Positions 47,514-54,255 of a stretch of 64,000 nucleotides of DNA are shown piece after piece (position 1 is the first letter of the stretch; each line of letters starts with the position of its first letter). The translations under genes were made by a program, and so were the position numbers. The stretch lies in assembly GCA_041191065.1 (NCBI GenBank), contig JBEEPO010000003.1, forward strand, positions 51,946 through 115,945, given 5' to 3'. The notes beneath the pieces were generated by a model. It was given only the letters and a program-made list of their open reading frames with translations, was not told the DNA's origin and did no database searches. This DNA comes from Verrucomicrobiota bacterium (lineage in GTDB: Bacteria; Verrucomicrobiota; Verrucomicrobiia; Opitutales; UBA953).

Positions 47514-47952
47514 TGCTCTTCAGACACCTAGCAGGTTTCGCTCCCGTCTGCCTAGCCTGATTGTTCAGATTTCTATATTTTTAATATCTGCTGCCGCATG
47601 GAATCGCGGTCCGGTCAGGCTTGGGCACCAAGGCGAATCATCATAAGTTTGGTCCTCTTCTTGGTGATGAGAGCGGGCGGCGGCGGCGGGGCCGAGCGCG
47701 CCGATTCTGCTGATCCGGAGACCAGGAGTATGCCAAGTCGATGGCTCCCCCTTGCGCCGCCACCGGAGGAGATGAAAGCATCGTTTAATGAACTTATTCA
47801 GTCATATAATGGAAGCAGGCTTGGTTTTTCGCTTTAGGGAGCTCATCGATGGCCTTTCTATTCATTAAACAATTAAATCTGACCAATCTGACAGTCAAAA
47901 AAATGGTGGCTTTTGGTAAATCAGCCGAGATGATTTATGCTTATAAATCGAC
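47514..47952. promoter_or_regulatory. AT-rich divergent control region between the giant autotransporter gene and the AraR-like regulator gene
   Basis: This 439-nt spacer has the lowest GC content I could see in the window (for example TTCAGATTTCTATATTTTTAATATCTG, CATTAAACAATTAAATCTGACCAATCTGACAGTCAAAAAAATGG, TTTATGCTTATAAATCGAC). It contains CAGAT-N15-ATCTG (47566-47590) and the direct repeat AATCTGAC-C-AATCTGAC (47875-47891). Promoters were not mapped. Confidence 0.5.
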
Positions 47953-49035
47953 ATGCCAGCCGCTAAATTCGAGAAAAAAGCCGTATTTGAGTTCCTTGCG
48001 GACAGTATCGAAGCTCAGATTCGGCAGGAGGGTTGGAAGGGGTTGCTGCCATCGGGAAGAGCCTTGGCCCAACAGCACAAGGTCAGTCTGCCTACGGTCC
48101 AAAAGGCCGTCGCCCTATTGATCGCACGCCAGATCTTGGTCAATCGAGGAGGGAAGCGCCGGCTTGAGATCGCCCCCGCATTGATCGGAGCGCCGCCTGC
48201 CTCCGGACCGTTGAACATCCTGGTGATTTCCACCCTGCCCTTGATCACGTATGACGCCTCCATCTCCATGGGTATCCTTAGGCTCGGCGAGAACCTGAAA
48301 GCCAAGGGCGACGGCTTCAGGTTCGTCGACCTGAGCCACGTGCAGGGTTCGGAGCGCCGCAAGGCCGCGCACGCCGAGGTGGTGAAATCGCGCCCGACGC
48401 ACGTCATCCTGATGACGCCGGATGCGTCGCTTTTCGCCGGCGTCGCGCGCCATCCGGTGAAGCTCGCCTCGATGTTCGGCACCTTGCGTTCCAGACGCGT
48501 CACCCGATTAGGGGTCAGGTACGGCTACCTGGTCGATATCGCGCTGAAACATCTGATACCATTGGGCCATCGACACTTCCTGATGCCGTTCTTCGCCCGC
48601 AAGTCGAAGATGCGCGAGTCGATGGCCGCCATCGCCCGGCTGGCTGAGGAGCAGGGCGTGCGGATCGAGGTGAAGCTCTCTTCGCAGCCGCTGACGACCG
48701 CGAACATGGGCGGCTTCCTCGGCGCCGGTCTGGCCCGCGGAGCCACCGCGGTGATCTTCCCGCAGTGGACCGACTTCATGCCGGCCATCGGCTATTTCGC
48801 CACCCGTGGACTGGAGTTTCCGCGGGATCTCTCGGTCGTGGCCCTCGTCGGCAACTCCACCACCCGCGCGTATGTGCCGCCGGTGGCCTGTTGTCTGAGC
48901 TCACCCGACAGCATCGCCCAGCAGGCCGAGATCTGGGCCCGATTCCAGAAGGTCGAAGATGAAGCTTACATCACGGTCTACCAAAAGACCTGGGAGGCCG
49001 GCGCTTCCACCGGACCGGCGCCGATCAGAAGTTAG
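47953..49035 (+). CDS. Transcriptional regulator with an N-terminal GntR-type winged HTH and a C-terminal LacI/PBP1-type sugar-binding domain (AraR-like architecture)
   Basis: 360 aa. The N-terminus ...LPSGRALAQQHKVSLPTVQKAVALLIARQILVNRGGKRRLEI is a GntR-type HTH. The remaining ~280 aa show the alternating beta/alpha pattern of periplasmic-binding-protein-like I effector domains. The 5' part of the gene is visibly less GC-rich than its neighbours. Confidence 0.65.
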   Translation: MPAAKFEKKAVFEFLADSIEAQIRQEGWKGLLPSGRALAQQHKVSLPTVQKAVALLIARQILVNRGGKRRLEIAPALIGAPPASGPLNILVISTLPLITYDASISMGILRLGENLKAKGDGFRFVDLSHVQGSERRKAAHAEVVKSRPTHVILMTPDASLFAGVARHPVKLASMFGTLRSRRVTRLGVRYGYLVDIALKHLIPLGHRHFLMPFFARKSKMRESMAAIARLAEEQGVRIEVKLSSQPLTTANMGGFLGAGLARGATAVIFPQWTDFMPAIGYFATRGLEFPRDLSVVALVGNSTTRAYVPPVACCLSSPDSIAQQAEIWARFQKVEDEAYITVYQKTWEAGASTGPAPIRS

Positions 49036-49082
49036 CGCGGCGGAGCCGCGAGGGGACACGTGGGCACGGGGAGAGCGCAAAT

Positions 49083-49172
49083 CTCAAGGGGAGACCGGAA
49101 ACCGGATAGGATGCTGCGGTGCTGCCCCTACCAATATTGCCCGGCCCCGGCCCTAGCCCTGCCTCTGGCCCT
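49083..49172. repeat. Composite interspersed element: R1b motif - half hairpin - CCAATATTGCC - (CCCTAG)-like run
   Basis: CTCAAGGGGAGACCGGAAACCGGATAGGATGC-TGCGGTGCTGCCCCTACCAATATTGCCCGGCCCCGGCCCTAGCCCTGCCTCTGGCCCTA. It lies between the convergent regulator gene and rlmI. Confidence 0.65.
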
Positions 49173-49173
49173 A

Positions 49174-50385
49174 TTACGCTATCCTGCTCCAGAGCACCTT
49201 GAGGTAGCGTCCCTCGGGGTGGTTGGAGGCGTTGGGGTGATCGCCGCCGGGGCCGGTGCGGTCGAAGATCTGGAGCCGCTTCTGGTAGCGGTGCGCGGCC
49301 TTGCTGACGAGGTCCTCGAAGGATTCGGGCGAGACGAGGCCGGAGCACGAGCAGGTCACGAAGAGGCCGCCGGGGGCGACGAGCTGCATGGCGAGGACGT
49401 TGAGGTCGTTATATTTCTTCAGACCCTCGGCTTCGAATTCCTCGTCGCGGCTGTCGACGAACTTGGGCGGATCGCAGAGGACGAGGTCCCAAGTCTTGCC
49501 GTTCTTCTGCATCTGGCGGATCCACGTGAACGCGTCCGCATGCACGAAGTCGATGCGGACGTTGTTCAGGTTCATGTTCCGCTTGGCCATCTCGATGGCC
49601 TTCTCGTCGAGGTCGACCGCGGTGACCTCGGCGGCGCCGGCGAGCTTGGCGGCGATGGAGAAGCCGCCGGAGTAGCAGCAGAGGTCGAGGACCTTGAGGC
49701 CCTTGGCGAGGGCGCCGAAGCGGCGACGGTTGTCGCGCTGGTCGCAGAAGAAACCGGTCTTGTGGCCTTCGGCGAAGTCGACCTCCTGGACCATGCCGAA
49801 CTCCTTGATCTTCACGAAGCGGACGGACGACTTCGGGACGTCGGTCGGCATGATGCCTTCGATGCGGGCCACGTGGGGGTCGACCTGGACGATCTCGCGC
49901 TTGGTGCCGACGGCGTCGTGCAGGATGGGGATCCAGCGGGGGAGGCGGCGCATCACGCCGATCGAGGACACTTCGATCGAAAGGACGTCGCCGAGGCGGT
50001 CGACGATCAGGCCGGAGAGGAAGTCCGCGTCGGCGTTGACCACGCGATAGGCGTCCGTGTCGGCGTCGAGCTTGAGGATGTCCTTGCGCAGGGCGGCGGC
50101 GCGGCGGAGGGCCTGTTCGAACCAGGCGTCGTCGGGCTTGCCCGGGGTGGCCTTCAGGATGCGGAGGGCGATGGGGGCGCCGGCGTTCCAGAAGCCATAG
50201 CCGATGAAGGAGCCCTGCTTATCGTAGGCCGTGACCACGTCGCCCTGGCGGGCGTCGGGCGACACCTCTCCCACCATCGAGCGGAAGATCGCTGGCTTGG
50301 AAGTGAAGGTCTTCAGCTGCACCCATGGCTTCTCGCGCGCGATGGGCGCGGGGATGTTGGGCAGCATGCTGGTCGGCTCGGACAT
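49174..50385 (-). CDS. rlmI: Class I SAM-dependent 23S rRNA (cytosine-C5) methyltransferase, RlmI/RlmK-like (PUA + Rossmann fold)
   Basis: 403 aa with a PUA-like N-terminus, EGHKTGFFCDQRDNR, a SAM-binding VLDLCCYSGGFS motif, and a DPPKF catalytic motif. Confidence 0.8.
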   Translation of the reverse strand: MSEPTSMLPNIPAPIAREKPWVQLKTFTSKPAIFRSMVGEVSPDARQGDVVTAYDKQGSFIGYGFWNAGAPIALRILKATPGKPDDAWFEQALRRAAALRKDILKLDADTDAYRVVNADADFLSGLIVDRLGDVLSIEVSSIGVMRRLPRWIPILHDAVGTKREIVQVDPHVARIEGIMPTDVPKSSVRFVKIKEFGMVQEVDFAEGHKTGFFCDQRDNRRRFGALAKGLKVLDLCCYSGGFSIAAKLAGAAEVTAVDLDEKAIEMAKRNMNLNNVRIDFVHADAFTWIRQMQKNGKTWDLVLCDPPKFVDSRDEEFEAEGLKKYNDLNVLAMQLVAPGGLFVTCSCSGLVSPESFEDLVSKAAHRYQKRLQIFDRTGPGGDHPNASNHPEGRYLKVLWSRIA

Positions 50386-50444
50386 GACGACAGGTTCGGC
50401 GGGGCCGACTCGTTGGCAAGCCCCGGCCGCTCCGACGGGCCAGA

Positions 50445-50759
50445 TTACCCGATGAAGCTGCAGATATACTGGCAGATGCCGGACTGCACGGTGATCGTGA
50501 AGCCGGACTTCGGGGCCACGTAGAAGTGGGTGCCCGCGCCATAGGTCTTCTCTTCCTTGGAACCGTCCTGGACCACGACGCAGGAGCCGTCGGTGATTTC
50601 CATGATCTCGGCCTTGTCGGTGCCGAAGTGGTAGGTACCGGCGTAGATCAGCCCGACCGTCTTCTTGGCGCCATCGGCGGTGAGGATCGTGTGGGAGACG
50701 ACCTTGCCATCGAAGTAGACGTTGGCTTTGGCGACGGCGGTGACGTTCTTGAATTCCAT
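50445..50759 (-). CDS. ppnP: Pyrimidine/purine nucleoside phosphorylase PpnP (DUF1255/UPF0345 cupin)
   Basis: From the ATG at 50759: MEFKNVTAVAKANVYFDGKVVSHTILTADGAKKTVGLIYAGTYHFGTDKAEIMEITDGSCVV..., 104 aa, typical of the family. The longer track ORF (to 50912) reads through Pro/Ser-rich repeat DNA and is rejected. Confidence 0.8.
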   Translation of the reverse strand: MEFKNVTAVAKANVYFDGKVVSHTILTADGAKKTVGLIYAGTYHFGTDKAEIMEITDGSCVVVQDGSKEEKTYGAGTHFYVAPKSGFTITVQSGICQYICSFIG

Positions 50760-50818
50760 GGGACGGATTAGGTAAGGGGAGGGGGAGGGAGGGTAAAGGG
50801 AGAAAGGAGGAAGAGGGA

Positions 50819-51008
50819 TAGGGGTAGGGGTGGGGGTGGGGCTAGAGCTAGGGCTAGGGATTGGGCTAGGTGATATTGGTAGGGGCAGCACCGCGTGCTG
50901 CCCTAGTTGCATCTATTCTCAGCTGGCGGGTGGCGGCTCCGGGTGGCAGGTGGCGGGAAGAGTTGACGGGTGCTCAACGGGAAAACGGAGACCGGATGAT
51001 TAGCTGGG
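50819..51008 (+). repeat. Composite interspersed element: G-run 23-mer (copy 2) - (GGGCTA)n - TGATATTGG - GGGGCAGCAC hairpin - GGTGGC motif - R1a motif
   Basis: TAGGGGTAGGGGTGGGGGTGGGG (50819-50841); GCTAGAGCTAGGGCTAGGGATTGGGCTAGG (50841-50870); GGTAGGGGCAGCACCGCGTGCTGCCCTAG (50878-50905); GGCGGGTGGCGGCTCCGGGTGGCAGGTGGCGGG (50925-50957); GCTCAACGGGAAAACGGAGACCGGATGATTAGCTGGG (50972-51008). It is collinear with the reverse complement of 8018-8195. Confidence 0.7.
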
Positions 51009-51011
51009 CAC

Positions 51012-51040
51012 AAAAAAAGACCGCACATGGTGCGGTCCTT
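51012..51040 (-). terminator. Rho-independent terminator downstream of nuoF
   Basis: The minus strand reads AAGGACCGCAC-CAT-GTGCGGTC-TTTTTTT-G: an 8-bp GC-rich stem and a 3-nt loop, followed immediately by a 7-T run. It lies 44-72 nt after the nuoF stop at 51084. Confidence 0.75.
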
Positions 51041-51083
51041 ATTCCCCGATACCCGATACTCGGGCCAACGATACTCGCTGGGT

Positions 51084-52433
51084 TCAGATCAACTTCAGCT
51101 TCGGGACTTCCTCGCCCTTCTGGCGCTTGCGGATGGATTCGAGGTACTCGTCCTTGAACTTCGGGACGGCGGACTGCACGGGCCACGCGACGGCTTCGCC
51201 GTGGGCGCAGATCGTGCGTCCGGCCACCTGGTTCGCGATGTCGAGCAGCAGGGGGACGTCGGTCTCGAGGCCGCCTCCGGTCGTGATGCGCTTCGAGACG
51301 CGGGAGAGCCAGAGGGAACCTTCGCGGCAAGGCGTGCACTGACCGCAGGTCTCGTGGGCGTAGAAAGCGTTGAGGTTGGAGAGCGCCTGGATCATCTCGA
51401 CGGAGTCGTCGATGACGATGGTGCCGCCGGTGCCGAGGCCCGTGCCGCAGGCCGCGATGCTGTTGGAGTCGAGGGGGATGTCCTCGAGCGCCCAGTCGAA
51501 CTCGGTGCCGTTGGCGAGCTTGCCCTTGAAGCGTTCGCCGAACTTGAGGATCTTGGTGGAGGAGCCGCCGGGGATGATCGCCTTGAACTTGCGGCCGTCG
51601 AGCGGGCCGCCGCAGAGGTCGTAGAGCAGCTCGCCGAAGGTGGCCTTGCCGGCTTCGATCTCGTAGAGACCCGGACGCTTCACCAGGCCGCTGACGCCCC
51701 AGATGTGCGTGCCGCTGTCGCCGGGGATGCCGATCTTGGCGAACTCCGCGCCGCCGAAGGCGAGCACGTGCTTCACCTGCGCCATCGTCTCCGCGTTGTT
51801 GACGATGGTCGGGCAGTTGTAGAGGCCGAGGACGGCCGGGAAATACGGGGGCTTGATGCGCGGGTAGCCGCGCTTGCCTTCGAGGGACTCGATCAGGCCG
51901 GTCTCTTCGCCGCAGACGTAGCAGCCTCCGCCGCGGTGGATGACGACCTCGCAGGAGTAGCCCGAGCCGAGGATGTTCTGGCCGAGGAAACCCTTGGCCT
52001 TCGCTTCGGCGATGGCGCGTTCGAGGATCTTGGCGCCGTGGATGAACTCGCCGCGGATGTAGACGAAGGCCTGCTTGGCCTGGATGGCCCACGCGGTGAT
52101 CGCGATGCCTTCCAGCATCTGGTGCGGGTCCTTGTAGATGATCTGGCGGTCCTTGTAGGTGCCGGGCTCGGATTCGTCCGCGTTGACGACGAGGTAGGCG
52201 GGCTTGCCTGACTTCCGGTCGAGGAACTTCCACTTCATGCCGGTCGGGAAGCCGGCGCCGCCGCGGCCGCGCAGGCCGGAGACTTCGACTTCCTTGCAGA
52301 CATCCTCGGGCTTGAGGGCGACGGCTTTCCTGAGGGCTTCGTAACCCCCGTGGCGCAGGTAGCAGTCGATATCGACCGTGTACCCCGGCTGGCGGAGGTT
52401 GGCGTAGATGAGAGGGCGTTCGACGGCGGGCAT
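51084..52433 (-). CDS. nuoF: NADH-quinone oxidoreductase subunit F (FMN/NADH-binding, N3 cluster)
   Basis: 449 aa with GLRGRGGAGFPTGMKW (the FMN/NADH site) and ETCGQCTPCREG (4Fe-4S). Confidence 0.92.
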   Translation of the reverse strand: MPAVERPLIYANLRQPGYTVDIDCYLRHGGYEALRKAVALKPEDVCKEVEVSGLRGRGGAGFPTGMKWKFLDRKSGKPAYLVVNADESEPGTYKDRQIIYKDPHQMLEGIAITAWAIQAKQAFVYIRGEFIHGAKILERAIAEAKAKGFLGQNILGSGYSCEVVIHRGGGCYVCGEETGLIESLEGKRGYPRIKPPYFPAVLGLYNCPTIVNNAETMAQVKHVLAFGGAEFAKIGIPGDSGTHIWGVSGLVKRPGLYEIEAGKATFGELLYDLCGGPLDGRKFKAIIPGGSSTKILKFGERFKGKLANGTEFDWALEDIPLDSNSIAACGTGLGTGGTIVIDDSVEMIQALSNLNAFYAHETCGQCTPCREGSLWLSRVSKRITTGGGLETDVPLLLDIANQVAGRTICAHGEAVAWPVQSAVPKFKDEYLESIRKRQKGEEVPKLKLI

Positions 52434-52452
52434 GTCGCTTAAGATCGGGAGA

Positions 52453-53034
52453 TTAGCCGTACCACTCGGGCGTGCCGGGGACGGGAGGTTTCTGGCCGTA
52501 GGACGGATCCTTGAGCGTGGCCTTTAGCTGGGCGGCGAACTGGTCGGCGTCCTCGGGCTTCACGTTCTCGTGCATCGCGGCGTCGACGTGGACGACCGGT
52601 CCGCAACCGCAGTCGGCGATGCATTCGACGAACTCCAGGGTGAAGTCGCCGTCGGGCGAGGTCTCGCCGCGTTTGCAGTTGAGGGATCTCTCGAGGTTCT
52701 CCATCAGCGCGTAGGAACCGCGGAGCGCGCAGGACAGCGTGCGGCAGACGCGCACGTGGCGGCGGCCGATCGGCGCCTGGCGATACATGGGGTAGAACGT
52801 GACCACCTCGAGCACCTGCATCGGCGTCACGCCGACCTGCTCGGCGACCCAGTGCATGTCCTCCTTGGTGATGTAGCCGCGGTCTTCCTGCACGAGGTGC
52901 AGCAGAGGCATGGTCGCGCTGCGCGGCTGCGGATACTGCGCGACGATGGCGGGAGCCTGCGCGAGCGTCTCGGGCTTGAGCGCGCGGGCGGGGGCGGAGG
53001 AAGGAGATTCGTGCATGGGGGTCAGCGGTCGCAT
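52453..53034 (-). CDS. nuoE: NADH-quinone oxidoreductase subunit E (2Fe-2S)
   Basis: 193 aa with cluster ligands in VCRTLSCALRG and ECIADCGCGPV. The ATG at 53034 overlaps the nuoD end by 13 nt. The alternative in-frame ATG at 53016 (MHESP...) gives no overlap, so the start is uncertain. Confidence 0.88.
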   Translation of the reverse strand: MRPLTPMHESPSSAPARALKPETLAQAPAIVAQYPQPRSATMPLLHLVQEDRGYITKEDMHWVAEQVGVTPMQVLEVVTFYPMYRQAPIGRRHVRVCRTLSCALRGSYALMENLERSLNCKRGETSPDGDFTLEFVECIADCGCGPVVHVDAAMHENVKPEDADQFAAQLKATLKDPSYGQKPPVPGTPEWYG

Positions 53035-54248
53035 TCGCCCATGACGAAGTCGAGCGAACCGAGGATGGAAGCGATGTCGGTGAGGAAGTTGCCGGGGACG
53101 ATGGCGGGCAGGATGGAGAGCGAGACGAAGCTCGGTCCGCGGATGCGGAGGCGGTAGGGGACGCCGCCGCCGTTGGAGACGACGTAGAAGCCGAGGGCTC
53201 CCTTCGGATTCTCGGCCTCGAAGTAGACTTCGCCGGCGGGGATCTGCGGGCCTTCGGTCACCAGCATGAAGTTCTGGATGAGCTCTTCCATCTTCGTCAT
53301 CACCTTGGCCTTGGGCGGAAGGAAGATCTTCTTGGCGTCCTCGGCGTACCAGGCGCCGCCCGGCATCGACTTGATGACCTGGCGAAGGATGCGCACCGAC
53401 TGGCGGAGCTCCTCCATGCGGACGAGGTAGCGGTCGAAGCAGTCGCCCTTGGTGCCCACGGGCACGTCGAATTCATACTGCTCGTAGCCGGAGTAGGGCT
53501 TGTCCTTGCGGAGATCGAAGGGCACGCCGGAAGCGCGGAGGTTCGGGCCGGTGAGGCCGTAGCCGAGCGCCATCTCCTTCGAGATGGGGGCGATGCCTTC
53601 GGTGCGCTCGAGGAAGATGCCGTTGCGGGTGAGGAGCTTGTCGACCTCGTCGATGGTGCGTTCGACGCCGTCGCAGAAGGCCGAGACCTTCGGGAGCCAG
53701 CCGTCCGGGATGTCGCGCGTGACGCCGCCGATGCGGGTGTAGCTCGTGGTGAAGCGGGCGCCGGTGAGCTCTTCGAAGAGCGTGTAGAGCTTCTCGCGCT
53801 CGTTGAAGGTGTACATGAACACCGTCCACGCGCCGGTATCCATCGCGTAGACGCCGATGCCGAGGAGATGGGAAGAGATGCGGGCCATCTCGCAGGTGAG
53901 CACGCGGATCGCCTCGCAGCGGGCGGGCAGCCTGAGGCCGGCGAGCTTCTCGACGGCGATGGCGTAGGCGACGTTGTTGGCGAGGGGGGCGAGGTAGTCC
54001 AGGCGGTCCGTGTACGGGACGAACTGGTTATAAGTCATGTTCTCGGCGATCTTCTCGTCGCCGCGGTGCAGGTAACCGATGACCGGGTCGCACTTCACGA
54101 CCTTGTCGCCGTCGAGCTCGAGGCTCAGGCGGAGCACGCCGTGCGTCGCCGGGTGGGAGGGACCCATGTTGAGGGTCATGTTCTCTCCGCGCAGTTCTTC
54201 CGAACGGGCGGCGACGTCGCCGATGGAGATTTCCTTGGTGATCTTCAC
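53022..54248 (-). CDS. nuoD: NADH-quinone oxidoreductase subunit D (49-kDa subunit)
   Basis: 408 aa. MTLNMGPSHPATHGVLRL near the N-terminus and ...ILGSLDFVMGECDR at the C-terminus are hallmark NuoD motifs. The start codon is GTG (cac at 54246-54248). Confidence 0.92.
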   Translation of the reverse strand: MKITKEISIGDVAARSEELRGENMTLNMGPSHPATHGVLRLSLELDGDKVVKCDPVIGYLHRGDEKIAENMTYNQFVPYTDRLDYLAPLANNVAYAIAVEKLAGLRLPARCEAIRVLTCEMARISSHLLGIGVYAMDTGAWTVFMYTFNEREKLYTLFEELTGARFTTSYTRIGGVTRDIPDGWLPKVSAFCDGVERTIDEVDKLLTRNGIFLERTEGIAPISKEMALGYGLTGPNLRASGVPFDLRKDKPYSGYEQYEFDVPVGTKGDCFDRYLVRMEELRQSVRILRQVIKSMPGGAWYAEDAKKIFLPPKAKVMTKMEELIQNFMLVTEGPQIPAGEVYFEAENPKGALGFYVVSNGGGVPYRLRIRGPSFVSLSILPAIVPGNFLTDIASILGSLDFVMGECDR

Positions 54249-54255
54249 GTTAAGG

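Noticed and set aside
47598-48121. ORFs 47598..47837 (79 aa) and 47849..48121 (90 aa) in and next to the AT-rich control region
   Set aside because: They show no domain features. The second overlaps the regulator gene out of frame, and the first mixes a short hydrophobic stretch with Gly/Ala/Pro low complexity. A small regulatory peptide cannot be excluded, but nothing in the sequence supports one.
11535-51083. The 39.5-kb nuoF-nuoG interruption considered as a classical genomic island or prophage
   Set aside because: There is no integrase, transposase, phage or conjugation gene and no flanking tRNA. The giant gene has the same extreme GC and codon bias as the housekeeping genes. Only the 23-nt direct repeats and the AT-rich regulator junction hint at rearrangement, and these are reported as separate low-certainty findings.
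49060-52233. Long overlapping ORFs on both strands across rlmI and nuoF (49060..50523 plus strand, 50974..52233 minus strand, 51027..52211 plus strand) and similar ones across the sulfatase and pit genes (55939..57420, 57396..58631, 58610..60217, 60497..62251)
   Set aside because: Each overlaps a gene with clear family motifs in another frame or on the other strand. Their translations are Arg/Gly/Ala/Asp/Pro-rich low complexity, which is a high-GC frame artefact.
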